Below are positions 1 to 9,822 of a stretch of 54,548 nucleotides of DNA, piece by piece (the stretch's first letter is position 1; every line of letters starts with the position of its first letter). Made by a program: the position numbers and the translations under genes. Origin of the DNA: Chloroflexota bacterium (GTDB taxonomy: Bacteria; Chloroflexota; Anaerolineae; Aggregatilineales; J027); assembly GCA_010092845.1 (NCBI GenBank), contig JAADYW010000014.1, forward strand, positions 1-54,548, in the 5' to 3' direction. The notes beneath the pieces were generated by a model. That model was given only the letters and a program-made list of their open reading frames with translations, did not search any database and had not been told where the DNA came from.

Positions 1-504
1 AAAGTGACCTGACTGGCCGCCAGACTTCTCCAGAAGACGGATGCCCTCGATTCGCATCTCGCGATCAATTGCTTTGGCCATATCATAGATCGTCAGGGCT
101 GCGACGCTGGTTGCGGTCAAAGCTTCCATCTCAACGCCTGTTTTTCCAGTTGTCTGGGCCACCGTGTAGATCGAAATTGCCGGGGTTGCCTTATCCATCG
201 TGAAGTCCACCTCGATATGCGTCAGCGCCAGCGGATGGCAAAGGGGAATAAGCTCGGCGGTGCGCTTAGCGGCCATGATGCCGGCCAGGCGGGCCACGGT
301 AAGCACATCCCCTTTGGCGAGATTACCAGACTCGATGGCAGCGAGCGTTGCAGGCTTCATGACAACCCGACCGCCGGCAACCGCGGTACGTCTGCTATCG
401 GGTTTCTGGCCAATGTCAACCATGCGTGCGGTGCCGTCCGCATCAAGATGTGTCAGCGGTTGCTCTGGCTCTTCGGAGGGCCTAATTGGTTTGGATGGGC
501 TCAT
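1..504 (-). CDS. moaC: Cyclic pyranopterin monophosphate synthase MoaC (3' end runs off the window)
   Basis: Manual translation from the ATG at 504 gives [34 protein letters not shown]...[29 protein letters not shown]...[12 protein letters not shown]...[29 protein letters not shown]. These are the MoaC hallmark motifs. It is missing from the ORF track because no stop lies in the window. Confidence 0.95.
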   Translation of the reverse strand, partial: MSPSKPIRPSEEPEQPLTHLDADGTARMVDIGQKPDSRRTAVAGGRVVMKPATLAAIESGNLAKGDVLTVARLAGIMAAKRTAELIPLCHPLALTHIEVDFTMDKATPAISIYTVAQTTGKTGVEMEALTATSVAALTIYDMAKAIDREMRIEGIRLLEKSGGQSGHF

Positions 505-994
505 CTTCAAAAGTAACCCGGCAAACCAGACGCCCCAGACGCATCTCATCACCATCCCGCAGGATCCGCGGCTCGTTGGGTACGATACGTTGGCCGTTAA
601 GATACGTGCTGTTTGCGCTACTGAGGTCGATCAATACGATGGTGTCATTCTGGCGCCGTAATAGCGCATGCCGCCGCGAAACCCCTGCATCTAACCCGCC
701 GAAATTACTGAAGTCAATATCGACTTCTGAATCGCCATGGGTGCGGCCCAGAACAAGTTCTTCCTGGTTGAAGCGGACTCGCAGCGGTGACTCATAGCCA
801 CGTACATGCAGTAAAACAAACGTCTCGTTGTCAAAGCGGGCGGTGCCCCAGCGGCGCTTGGGGATAACCGGCGAATCGTCTTGCTGGGCAAAAATACGGG
901 TATCTGGATGGATGTCATCTAGCAGGCCTCCACACCGATAGCAGATAGCCTCACCCTCTTTATTTTTAGCTCCACAGTGTGGACATTCGATCAT
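482..994 (-). CDS. Zinc-ribbon + FHA domain protein
   Basis: N-terminal CPHC...CYRC ribbon; FHA signature LGR...VSRRHA...STYLNG...[10 protein letters not shown]. Confidence 0.9.
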   Translation of the reverse strand: MIECPHCGAKNKEGEAICYRCGGLLDDIHPDTRIFAQQDDSPVIPKRRWGTARFDNETFVLLHVRGYESPLRVRFNQEELVLGRTHGDSEVDIDFSNFGGLDAGVSRRHALLRRQNDTIVLIDLSSANSTYLNGQRIVPNEPRILRDGDEMRLGRLVCRVTFEDEPIQTN

Positions 995-1148
995 ATCTAA
1001 GACCTTTTAAGGCTGAATAGGTATAGTGTGGTATAGCACTCGGAATATGTCTGTCAAAAAACCAAAAACGACCTTGGTCATCTTTGTGCAATCTCAGGCC
1101 CTAATTATATACGCATTCGTCAAAATTTTATAACAGGGCGTGTTTTTT

Positions 1149-1157
1149 TGGTATAGT
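1149..1157 (+). promoter_or_regulatory. Putative extended -10 promoter for ftsY-prfB
   Basis: TG-G-TATAGT in an AT-rich intergenic region about 30 nt before ftsY. Confidence 0.4.
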
Positions 1158-1184
1158 ATTGAACGGCTTATTGAATAGCCAATT

Positions 1185-2126
1185 GTGATCAATGAACAAA
1201 CTGAAAATATCTGCGAGGATGTCGTGGGATCGCTACGTAAAGGTCTTTCAAAAACACGGACTTCGTTCTTTGGGCGTATCGCTCAAGCCTTGAGCAGGAG
1301 TGATGTCACCGATGAAACCTGGGACGAGGTCGAAGAAATGCTGTTACAAGCAGATGTGGGTGTGCCAACTACCCTGAAGTTGATGGATGCGCTCCAATCA
1401 CGCAATGTACGCCGCAGTGACCAGCTCCGCGAGGTGCTTAAGGAGGAGTTGACAGCTTTGCTGTCTACACCACAACCAATGAATATCAGCGGCCGGGCGC
1501 TTTCGGTTATCATGATTGTCGGGGTCAACGGTTCGGGCAAGACGACGACGATCGGCAAGCTGGCACGGCGTATGCAGCTGAATAATCGCAAGTGCATTAT
1601 TGCTGCCGGCGATACCTTTCGTGCTGCCGCAATCGATCAGGTCCAAATTTGGGGTGAGCGTGCCAATGTACCCGTCATCGCTGGCAAACCAGGCATGGAT
1701 CCTGGCGCCATTGTATTTGATGCCGTCGAAGCAGCGCGCGCCCGTAACGCCGAGATCTTGATTGTTGATACCGCAGGTCGTCTGCACTCAAATTTCAACC
1801 TCATGCAAGAACTCAAGAAGATCCGGAACGTAATGGTCAAGGTCGTTCCGGATGCGCCGCATGAGACCCTCCTGGTGCTCGATGGCACCACCGGGCAAAA
1901 CGCCCTCAACCAGGCCAAGAAGTTCCAGGAGTTCGTGGATATCACTGGTGTCATCATTACCAAACTGGACAGCACCGCCAAAGGTGGTATGCTGTTTGCT
2001 ATTCAACAGGAGCTTGGGCTGCCGGTTCATTATATCGGGATCGGTGAGACCATATATGATCTGGTGCCCTTCGATCCTGATCGTTTTGTTGATGGCCTAT
2101 TCGAAGATGAAGAAGAAGAGGAATGA
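1185..2126 (+). CDS. ftsY: Signal recognition particle receptor FtsY (short form, no long acidic A-domain; start may be the GTG at 1224)
   Basis: GVNGSGKTTT, DTFRAAA, DTAGR, TKLD.TAKGG and GIGE motifs. Confidence 0.96.
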   Translation: MINEQTENICEDVVGSLRKGLSKTRTSFFGRIAQALSRSDVTDETWDEVEEMLLQADVGVPTTLKLMDALQSRNVRRSDQLREVLKEELTALLSTPQPMNISGRALSVIMIVGVNGSGKTTTIGKLARRMQLNNRKCIIAAGDTFRAAAIDQVQIWGERANVPVIAGKPGMDPGAIVFDAVEAARARNAEILIVDTAGRLHSNFNLMQELKKIRNVMVKVVPDAPHETLLVLDGTTGQNALNQAKKFQEFVDITGVIITKLDSTAKGGMLFAIQQELGLPVHYIGIGETIYDLVPFDPDRFVDGLFEDEEEEE

Positions 2127-2132
2127 ACGGAA

Positions 2133-3222
2133 ATGGAAGCACTGATTAGCCAGCTAAACGAGATGCGGAAACGTATTGACAATTTAATGGTGCGTCTTTG
2201 ACATCGCTGACAAGCAGCAACGACTGAACGAGCTGGAAACCGCTTCAGCGAAACAGGATTTCTGGGACGACCCGTCCAGTGCTCAGAAGACGATGCAGCA
2301 CATTTCCAAACTGCGTAACGAGGTTGAGCGGTGGCAGGGAATCCATAGTCAAATCGCGGAGACTCTGGAACTGGCTGAGCTACGTGATGAGGCACTAGGC
2401 GATGAACTGACTAAGGAAGTTGAACGCCTTGAGAAGCGCGTCGAGGATATGTCCTTCCAAGCGATGCTCAGTGGCAAGCATGACAACGAAGATGCTATCC
2501 TGGCCATCCACGCCGGGGCCGGCGGGACGGACGCTCAGGATTGGGCTGGCATGCTGACCCGCATGTATCTGCGCTGGGCAGAGCAACAAGGCAACAAGAC
2601 CGAGGTCGTCTCGGAAACGCCTGGCGAAGAAGCCGGTGTGAAGAGCATCATGATCTCAGTTCAGGGCGATTGGGTCTATGGCTACCTGAGAGCAGAGCGC
2701 GGTGTCCACCGCTTGGTTCGCATCAGCCCCTTTGATGCCAATAGCCGGCGCCACACGTCTTTCTGTCTGGTCGAGGTTTGGCCGGATATTCACGATGAGA
2801 TCGAGATTGAAATCAACGACAAGGATCTTCAGATCGACACTTTCAGGGCGGGCGGTGCTGGTGGTCAGCATGTGCAGAAGAACGATACTGCTGTCCGGAT
2901 CACCCATCTGCCGACTGGCATTGTCGTCTCGTGTCAGAACCAACGCAGCCAGGTTCAGAACTTAAACCGGGCCATGCAGGTCCTCAAGGCACGTCTGGTT
3001 CAATTGGAAGAGCAGAAACGCGAAGAGGAGTTCGCAGAGCTGAAAGGTGAGCATGTCAGTGCCGAGTGGGGTAGCCAGATTCGCTCGTATGTCCTCCATC
3101 CCTACCAGATGGTCAAGGATCATCGTACCGACCATGAGACGGGACGCGTCGATGCTGTCCTGGATGGCGACCTGAATGAGTTTATGCAGTCCTATCTGCG
3201 TTTTTCGGTAGGTGAAATCTAA
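2133..3222 (+). CDS. prfB: Peptide chain release factor 2, with a programmed +1 frameshift at 2196-2202
   Basis: ATG 2133 reads MEALISQLNEMRKRIDNLMVRL and then CTT TGA C. The +1 frame from GAC 2200 (DIADKQQRLNELE...FWDDP) is continuous with ORF 2293..3222, which carries the SPF and GGQ motifs. Confidence 0.96.
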
Positions 3223-3260
3223 GCCCGCGGAAAACCGCTTCGGTTGGATTAGATACTACG

Positions 3261-3299
3261 AGTCGCGGCAGCCCTGATGAGAGGGTCGCCGCGACTTTT
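3261..3299 (+). terminator. Rho-independent terminator after prfB
   Basis: Long imperfect stem agtcgcggcagccct / agggtcgccgcgact followed by a T-run. Confidence 0.65.
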
Positions 3300-3367
3300 G
3301 CGATTACCCTGGCTCCTGTATAGTTGGGCTATTTGCAGCGAACTCGTGTTCAGGAAGGTGCCATATC

Positions 3368-4642
3368 ATGAATGAGGAACTCAAGCAGAAGATTCGGTCA
3401 CTTCGGCATGATTATGACAAATTGCTGGAGGCAGTGGCGATGTCGGATGTTAGCCGAGAGTTGAGCGATACCGCTACCAGGATTGCGGCACTGCCAGGCC
3501 GTGTCCAGGCTATTCGTGGCGCAGGCTATGCCTACGCCAATTACCTTGAGCACAAGGTGGATACCCTCAATGATCAGTGGTCTCAGGTTCGGTTCCAGAT
3601 CCAGCGGGCGATCCGCAATGAACTGGCTAATGCCCGCAGCGAAGTTGAACCCCTCGATGAGCTTTGGGATGAATTGGAGCGGGCGATCGCCGGTGGCGCC
3701 AAAACCGAAACAGCCAAAACAGCGGGTAAGGGGATGAGCGCGATGCTGTCAGCGGCAGTGGGGACCGGATCTGAAGAAGAAACCGAAGCCGATTCGACGG
3801 GCGGATTGTTGTCCCAATTGAAAGCGATGTCCGAGCAAACGAAGGCGGCGGGTGATCTGGCAGCCGCTGTCGAATCGGCGATAGATGCCTCAGGCGATGG
3901 TGTTGACGACGCTCAGGCTGCGGCAATTATTGGTCAGCTTGAAGGCGCGATGGCGCGTGCCGAGAAATCTATCGAGGGGTCCAAGGAGCGGATCCAGGCC
4001 CTCTATGGTAATGTGCCGGGCAATGTTGGCCAGACTGAGAGTCAGCTTTCAGATATCGAGACCTGGCTGGAACGGGCTAAAACGGCGAACTTTGAATGGA
4101 ATGCCGGTGAAGACATGTATATGGTCGTCAAAGCCGAATGGAAGAAAACCGGCAACAAGAAAGAGGACCCCGATGGCTTCCTCTATATCACCAGCCAGCG
4201 TCTTGTGATGGAGCAGGCCGAGAAGAAGGGCGGTTTCATGGGCTTTGGCGGCAAGCGTGTTGAGGAATTGCTGTGGGAGAGCCCGATTGGCGCGATGGAG
4301 GAAATCGATTATGAGAAGAAGGGCTTGCTGGGTGGCATTGACCTCATTCATATCCGGTTTGGCTCCGGGGGCCCTTTTGGTGATGTCACCCTGGAAGTAA
4401 AAGAAGGTATACACGCCAGGGTATTTGCCAGCAAACTTCAGCAAGCAGCAAGCGGCGCCATCGAGCGGGAGCGCGGTCTAGAGCGGAGCGATGCAGAAAA
4501 AGCCTTCGTCGACGCCATCGCGGACCTGCCGACAACTTGCCCCGTATGCGGAGCCACACTTGATCAAGAGGTCACCCGGGGGATGACCCAGCTTGAGTGT
4601 GCCTATTGCGGTGCGATTGTTCGTATCGGCGCGACATCATAG
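3368..4642 (+). CDS. Hypothetical protein: helical/coiled-coil N-terminus, PH-like beta domain, C-terminal zinc ribbon
   Basis: 424-aa ORF with an RBS (aggaagg). The DGFLYITSQRLVM segment is PH-like, and the C-terminus has CPVCG...CAYCG. Confidence 0.8.
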   Translation: MNEELKQKIRSLRHDYDKLLEAVAMSDVSRELSDTATRIAALPGRVQAIRGAGYAYANYLEHKVDTLNDQWSQVRFQIQRAIRNELANARSEVEPLDELWDELERAIAGGAKTETAKTAGKGMSAMLSAAVGTGSEEETEADSTGGLLSQLKAMSEQTKAAGDLAAAVESAIDASGDGVDDAQAAAIIGQLEGAMARAEKSIEGSKERIQALYGNVPGNVGQTESQLSDIETWLERAKTANFEWNAGEDMYMVVKAEWKKTGNKKEDPDGFLYITSQRLVMEQAEKKGGFMGFGGKRVEELLWESPIGAMEEIDYEKKGLLGGIDLIHIRFGSGGPFGDVTLEVKEGIHARVFASKLQQAASGAIERERGLERSDAEKAFVDAIADLPTTCPVCGATLDQEVTRGMTQLECAYCGAIVRIGATS

Positions 4643-4656
4643 ATTGCTGGTCGCGC

Positions 4657-4693
4657 AGATGCCCTCTACCTAGGTCGCTATTAGGGGGCATCT
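4657..4693 (+). terminator. Stem-loop, possible terminator
   Basis: Inverted repeat agatgccctct / agggggcatct just after the 4642 stop; the T-tract is weak. Confidence 0.4.
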
Positions 4694-4784
4694 ATTATGG
4701 TTCTTAGAAAACCTATCATGGTATTCTAAGCCGGCGTCGCTATAATGCTTGCTACTGGCAAACTGTATCTGCAAGAAGGGTCGT

Positions 4785-6173
4785 ATGCTTTTCTGGTTGC
4801 TGACGTTTTTCATCATACTCGTTCCCCTCGTGATTATTCACGAATTGGGTCACTTCTTCGCCGCCAAAAATGTTGGGATTACGGTCCTTGAATTTGGGAT
4901 TGGTTTCCCGCCGCGAGCTGCAACACTCTTCACGCGTGGTGATACCATTTACACTCTGAATTGGATTCCGATCGGTGGCTTTGTGCGGCCCTATGGCGAA
5001 GACATGGTACGCCCGAAGACGGACGAGGAAATGGAAGCCGATCTTCAGGAGATTGAAGGTCGCCATATCGAGAATCCCAAGAGCGTCTTTGAAGCGGGAC
5101 CGTGGGAACGGCTATGGTTCATGTTTGCTGGGCCACTGGCGAATTTCATTGCTGCCTTCTTCATCTTTGTCCTGATCGCCGTGATTGGGCAGCCTTATCG
5201 CGAGGAGTCTGGCGTCGCCGTATCGAGCGTGCTCGACGAGTCTCCAGCGGCCGCCGCAGGGCTGCAGGAAGATGACTTCATCACGCACATAGCGGGCGAA
5301 CGGGTCACCGAAGTTGAGGATTTCAACGCTCGCGTCAATGGGCCTGAGCCGGTTGCCCTTACAGTAGAGCGCGATGGGGACTCGTTTGAAACGACCCTTG
5401 CGCCGACCACATCGACCGATGTCTCTGATAACCGTGTTGTCGTGCTGGATATTGTTGAAGGCTGGCCAGCAGATGGTAAATTGGAAGAGGGCGATCTAAT
5501 TGTTGCCGTTGATGGCGAGGATGTGCATACGACCGAGGCGCTCATTGACCGCACCAAGGATCGTGACGGTGAGACCATTGTCTATACCATTGAGCGCGAT
5601 GGTGAAACCCTCGATGTTGAGCTTGTACCGGAAAACCTCGATGCTTCGGATAATGCCAAGATTGGCGTCACAATTGCTGCATTTAACCCCAGCCTGGGGT
5701 TCGGCTATGCTCAGGGCTACGATATCAAAACGCGCCCTGCCGATGGTCCGGTTGATGCCGTGGTCACAGGTGCCGAAGAGTTTGCCTTTTCGATGGAGCT
5801 GATTGTGCGCGCCCCTATCATGTTGATAGAGGGGCAGCTTTCGCCCGAGCAAGCGCGCCCGGTAAGTATTGTCGGTATCGGCCAGATCGGTGGTGAGGTA
5901 ATCCGCCAGAGTATAGAACTCGAGGCGGTGTTCCCGATCCTGAACTTCATGGCGATCATCAGCATTGCGTTGGCCGTGACCAATCTCCTCCCCATACCGG
6001 GACTGGACGGTGGCCGTATGGTGTTCGTATTCATCGAATTGCTACGTGGCAAGCCGATGGAGCCTGAGCGTGAGGGCTTTGTCCACATGATTGGTATTCT
6101 CTTCTTGCTGTCTTTGATGGCGGTAGTTATCTTCTGGGACATCGTCGACCCTATCGATCTGAATTCGTTCTAG
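4785..6173 (+). CDS. rseP: RIP metalloprotease RseP (site-2 protease, M50) with two PDZ domains
   Basis: HELGH zinc motif, FGIGFPP, AGPLAN, NLLPIPGLDGG, and two SPA/WPA..L..GD PDZ repeats. The ATG at 4785 is preferred over the TTG at 4749. Confidence 0.93.
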   Translation: MLFWLLTFFIILVPLVIIHELGHFFAAKNVGITVLEFGIGFPPRAATLFTRGDTIYTLNWIPIGGFVRPYGEDMVRPKTDEEMEADLQEIEGRHIENPKSVFEAGPWERLWFMFAGPLANFIAAFFIFVLIAVIGQPYREESGVAVSSVLDESPAAAAGLQEDDFITHIAGERVTEVEDFNARVNGPEPVALTVERDGDSFETTLAPTTSTDVSDNRVVVLDIVEGWPADGKLEEGDLIVAVDGEDVHTTEALIDRTKDRDGETIVYTIERDGETLDVELVPENLDASDNAKIGVTIAAFNPSLGFGYAQGYDIKTRPADGPVDAVVTGAEEFAFSMELIVRAPIMLIEGQLSPEQARPVSIVGIGQIGGEVIRQSIELEAVFPILNFMAIISIALAVTNLLPIPGLDGGRMVFVFIELLRGKPMEPEREGFVHMIGILFLLSLMAVVIFWDIVDPIDLNSF

Positions 6174-6186
6174 GGATTGAGTTTTT

Positions 6187-7284
6187 ATGTCTGAACAACC
6201 GAGCGACGCGAGGTATGACTTCGACTCGGGGTACACGTCGCGCCCTGAGCCGTACGATATTGATAAGACGATGGAGGTTCTTAAGAACGCCGATGAGCAT
6301 GCGGTATTGCCAGCTGGCGCCATTTACGGCCTCTCGGATCTGTCTGGTGAAGCATTGGTGACGTTCCGTGCGGGCTGGCAAACGCTGGCGACGGCGCGCC
6401 GTCGCCAGTTGGCTACATCCTTAGTCGAGTCGATTGAGACAAACTTTTTTCTCCACTATGAAGCTGTGGCCTACGTCCTCCTCGAGGATCCTGATCCAGA
6501 AGTCCGTCAGAAAGCGATTGAAATGCCGTGGTATGTGATCAGCGAGCGACTGTTCCATACCCTGATGACGATGGCCCAGAAAGATTCCTCGACACCGGTG
6601 CGCGCGACAGCGATGAGCGCACTCGGGCGCTTCATCTACGAAGGGGAAATGGAGGAGTTTGACGTCGCGTTGACTGCCCGTGCCCGCCAACTGGCAATCG
6701 CGTACTACGAGGATCGTAGCGAGGATCTCGATGTCCGTCGCCGTTCACTTGAAGCTGTCTCGCATAGTACGATGGATGAGCTTGATGCGATGATCCTGGA
6801 GGCTTATGAGGATGACGAGCCGATGATGCAGGCGAGTGCGGTCTTTGCGATGGGGGCAAGCTGCAAACCGCGGTGGGCAGAGCAAGTCATCCGCGAGCTG
6901 GATAACCCCATGCCCGAGATACGGTTTGAGGCGATCCGGGCTGCTGGGGAGCTTGCTCTTGCAGACGCCGTGCCTAAGCTGATCGCGTCTGCACAGGAAG
7001 ACGGTGACGATTATGAGCTGCGCTTGACAGCGATATGGTCGCTAGGCGAAATCGGCACCAAGGAGGCAACGCGTGGCCTACAGGCGCTGTTGTCCCAAGC
7101 AGAGGCCGCTGAGAATGACACTTTGATGGAAGCCATCGAGGACGCACTCGAGACGGCCGCGTTAATGAGTGGTTTCATGCTCCCTATGTTCGAATTCATG
7201 GACGATGAGCCTGAGCTCTCCGACGATCTGATGGACCTTGATGATCTAGACGAAGACGATAACGACCCTTCCCGGCTCAACTAA
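6187..7284 (+). CDS. HEAT-repeat (PBS lyase-like) protein with an acidic tail
   Basis: Repeated LEDPDPEVRQKA / VRATAMSALG / IRFEAIRAAGEL / LRLTAIWSLGEIG units. Confidence 0.88.
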   Translation: MSEQPSDARYDFDSGYTSRPEPYDIDKTMEVLKNADEHAVLPAGAIYGLSDLSGEALVTFRAGWQTLATARRRQLATSLVESIETNFFLHYEAVAYVLLEDPDPEVRQKAIEMPWYVISERLFHTLMTMAQKDSSTPVRATAMSALGRFIYEGEMEEFDVALTARARQLAIAYYEDRSEDLDVRRRSLEAVSHSTMDELDAMILEAYEDDEPMMQASAVFAMGASCKPRWAEQVIRELDNPMPEIRFEAIRAAGELALADAVPKLIASAQEDGDDYELRLTAIWSLGEIGTKEATRGLQALLSQAEAAENDTLMEAIEDALETAALMSGFMLPMFEFMDDEPELSDDLMDLDDLDEDDNDPSRLN

Positions 7285-7447
7285 AGCTCTGCTTACATAA
7301 ATGCGGCATCTGAGGCGCCAGGGAAATGAACTGACGTCTTTTTATCTTCTGAATCGTATTCGACGCCTTGGGCACCGAGCGCACTTCGTTGAAGTATCTG
7401 CCTACTATCCGGGTATACTTCTACGGGTCAAAAGCCCGGCAGGGGTA

Positions 7448-7456
7448 TGTTATAAT
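7448..7456 (+). promoter_or_regulatory. Extended -10 promoter upstream of acyP
   Basis: Perfect TG-T-TATAAT about 40 nt before the ATG at 7498. Confidence 0.5.
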
Positions 7457-7497
7457 CCGGATGCGCGTTGGAAAATTGGATTATCGTGGATGGGTTT

Positions 7498-7791
7498 ATG
7501 GCGAACAATCGAAATTTTGAACGACTCCATGCAATTGTCTCAGGCCACGTTCAGGGTGTGAATTTCCGACATAATACTGTACAGGAGGCGCGGCAGCTCG
7601 GCGTGGATGGGTGGGTCTACAATCGTCCCGACGGCACTGTCGAAGTTACCGCTGAAGGCCCCCGCTTGCAGCTAGAGCAGCTGGAAGCATTTTTGCATAG
7701 AGGCTCGCCAGCGGCTCGTGTCGAAGATGTTCGTGTCGAGTGGCAGCCCGCCACCGGTGAGTTCAGTGAGTTTGGGGTCCGCTATCGGTGA
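7498..7791 (+). CDS. acyP: Acylphosphatase
   Basis: VSGHVQGVNFR and GWVYNRPDGTVEV signatures. Confidence 0.93.
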   Translation: MANNRNFERLHAIVSGHVQGVNFRHNTVQEARQLGVDGWVYNRPDGTVEVTAEGPRLQLEQLEAFLHRGSPAARVEDVRVEWQPATGEFSEFGVRYR

Positions 7792-9137
7792 TCAAGACAC
7801 TCATGTTTGCTAAGCCGCATCGTGTCGCCTGGCTGACGCTAGTGGCTGCTTTCGTAATCTTCTGTATCGTGGCTGTGGGAATGGTCCAGCTTGTCCAGTA
7901 TGTGTTGTTCGACTGGACAACGAACCTGGAGACGACGGTTCATGTGGCACGTGGCACGCTGGTGGTCCGGAGTGCGGCCGATCCCAACGAGCATGCCGTG
8001 AGCTTGTGGCGGCAGATTGATCCTGGCGATCGTATTCGCACGGATGAGCTGTCGCAGGGGCATCTGACCTTTCGTGACCCGATTAACAGTGAGGTGGTTG
8101 TGGCCACTGTTCAATTGATTGCAGGGAGCGAAGTATCGATCAAGCAGTCGTCACGCCCGCGGTTTCTGGGTGACGGCCCTTTTTCGATTCGGCTGGAGGA
8201 CCTGATTGGCGAGGTTGAGATTACCATCTCTCCGAAGCTGGAGCGAGACGTGCGCGTCGAACTACGGACCAACGACCAGAAGGTACTCCTTAATGAGGCC
8301 GGGCTTTACCGGCTACGCGGCGAAACCGAGTCGCTACGGGTGACGGTGCACCGCGGAAGTGCGCTGTTGATCAACCAGGTGTCTCAGAACAAACTGGTCG
8401 AAGCCGGCGAGACAGGAACCAGTGGACGGTCCGTTGCACCCTACGTTGTCGAAGTAAACACTGCGAACCTGGTGACAAATAGCTATTTTCTGCCTGCGGG
8501 AGATGACCAGCTCCCTACGGGCTGGGGCTGCAGCGATGATCCAGATCCTGTGCTTGATCCTGAAACTGGCAACCCCGTTCCCCAACCTGCGGGCGAGTTC
8601 GCGGCTACGTTTTTCCAGGGCCGGCATACAGTACATATCAAGCGTGATGCCGATCGAACACTGGACCATTCTGAAACGCTCTGTACCCAGATTGTCAATC
8701 ACGATGTGAGCCAGTATGATAGCCTTCGCGTCCGGGCAACGATGTATCTTGAGTCCCACTCGCTGCCGGGCTGTGGCGAGCGCGCATCTGAGTGTGTGAT
8801 GATGTTGCGTGTTCGCTATATTGACCAGCAAGGGGTGCGCCGTACCTGGCTGCATGGCTTCTACGTTCACTATGATGAGAATCTGGGTTGGCCATTGCGG
8901 TGCGATACATGTGATCAGAATCATGAGCATGTGAATCCGGGCACCTGGTTTGTCTTTACTTCCGAGGATCTCATCCAGGATCTGCCGCCAGATCTACAGG
9001 CCAGGCGGCCTGTGGAGATTGTCGATGTTCAGTTCGACGCATCGGGTCACAAATATGAAGCTTATATTGGCGAGCTATCCGTGTTGGCGTCCTCGTCCGC
9101 CGCAGAAGTGGCGTCCAACGACGTCGTAACCGAATGA
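7788..9137 (+). CDS. Single-pass membrane protein with a FecR-like domain and a Cys-rich extracellular beta-sandwich
   Basis: N-terminal TM helix, then GDRIRTD...LRVTVHRGSA...VEAGE (FecR-like). The C-terminal domain begins NLVTNSYF and has several Cys. It overlaps acyP by GTGA. Confidence 0.7.
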   Translation: MIKTLMFAKPHRVAWLTLVAAFVIFCIVAVGMVQLVQYVLFDWTTNLETTVHVARGTLVVRSAADPNEHAVSLWRQIDPGDRIRTDELSQGHLTFRDPINSEVVVATVQLIAGSEVSIKQSSRPRFLGDGPFSIRLEDLIGEVEITISPKLERDVRVELRTNDQKVLLNEAGLYRLRGETESLRVTVHRGSALLINQVSQNKLVEAGETGTSGRSVAPYVVEVNTANLVTNSYFLPAGDDQLPTGWGCSDDPDPVLDPETGNPVPQPAGEFAATFFQGRHTVHIKRDADRTLDHSETLCTQIVNHDVSQYDSLRVRATMYLESHSLPGCGERASECVMMLRVRYIDQQGVRRTWLHGFYVHYDENLGWPLRCDTCDQNHEHVNPGTWFVFTSEDLIQDLPPDLQARRPVEIVDVQFDASGHKYEAYIGELSVLASSSAAEVASNDVVTE

Positions 9138-9784
9138 AAGCCAATGCCTCGTTCCCGAAGCGAGACCCATTCTTCGTTGCCGATGATGATATGGTCCAGC
9201 ACGGCGATATCCATCAGCTTCCCGGCCTCAACCAGATCATGGGTGAGGGCGATATCCTCTGGCGAAGGCGCGGCGGAGCCTGACGGGTGGTTATGCACAA
9301 CGATGATGCCGGCGCTATTGTGTTGGATTGCGCTCCGGAACAACTCCGCGATCCGGACGACGGTGCTGTTCAAGCTGCCGATATAGACGGTATTGACGTC
9401 CACAACATGATTCTGAGTGTCGAGCAGTACTACGATTAGATGCTCTTGCCGCAAGCCGCTGAACTGCCTGCGCACCAGATCGAAAACATCCGACGGACGC
9501 CGAATTACAGTGCGTGGGTGAGTGTGTCTCGACTGAAGGCGCCCAGCCAGCACCAGTAGTGCACTGATCTTGCTGGCGTTCACATCACCAACACCGGGGA
9601 GCCGGCGCAAGTGATCAGTGGTTACATCACCGAGCCCCGCCACGTGGTCCAGGACCGTGCTGGCAACTTGGCTGTCACCGAGTACCAGTGCGAGTAAATC
9701 GACATCGCTCAAAGCGTCAAAACCATTTTCGAAGGCTTCTCGTCGTAGCTCGGGAAGGTCATGCTTCCGGTCAGGTAGCTTCAT
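9062..9784 (-). CDS. radC: RadC family JAB/MPN domain protein
   Basis: ALSDVDLLALVLG, HhH-like PGVG, QEHLIVVLLD and HNHPSG....SPED...LDHIIIG motifs. The start could be at 9817. Confidence 0.92.
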   Translation of the reverse strand: MKLPDRKHDLPELRREAFENGFDALSDVDLLALVLGDSQVASTVLDHVAGLGDVTTDHLRRLPGVGDVNASKISALLVLAGRLQSRHTHPRTVIRRPSDVFDLVRRQFSGLRQEHLIVVLLDTQNHVVDVNTVYIGSLNSTVVRIAELFRSAIQHNSAGIIVVHNHPSGSAAPSPEDIALTHDLVEAGKLMDIAVLDHIIIGNEEWVSLRERGIGFHSVTTSLDATSAADEDANTDSSPI

Positions 9785-9822
9785 CGCTGATAATCCGATA
9801 ATTGCGTTGGTTTCCATGCGCA

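Noticed and set aside
3261-3300. CTGATGA within a hairpin as a possible hammerhead ribozyme
   Set aside because: There is no downstream GAAA core or three-stem junction; a terminator explains it.
7301-7561. 86-aa ORF between the HEAT gene and acyP
   Set aside because: It has no RBS, overlaps the acyP promoter and start, and has no recognisable features.
9062-9784. radC as a marker of a mobile element
   Set aside because: It is the long chromosomal form with an N-terminal HhH region, and there is no integrase, transposase or att-like repeat nearby.
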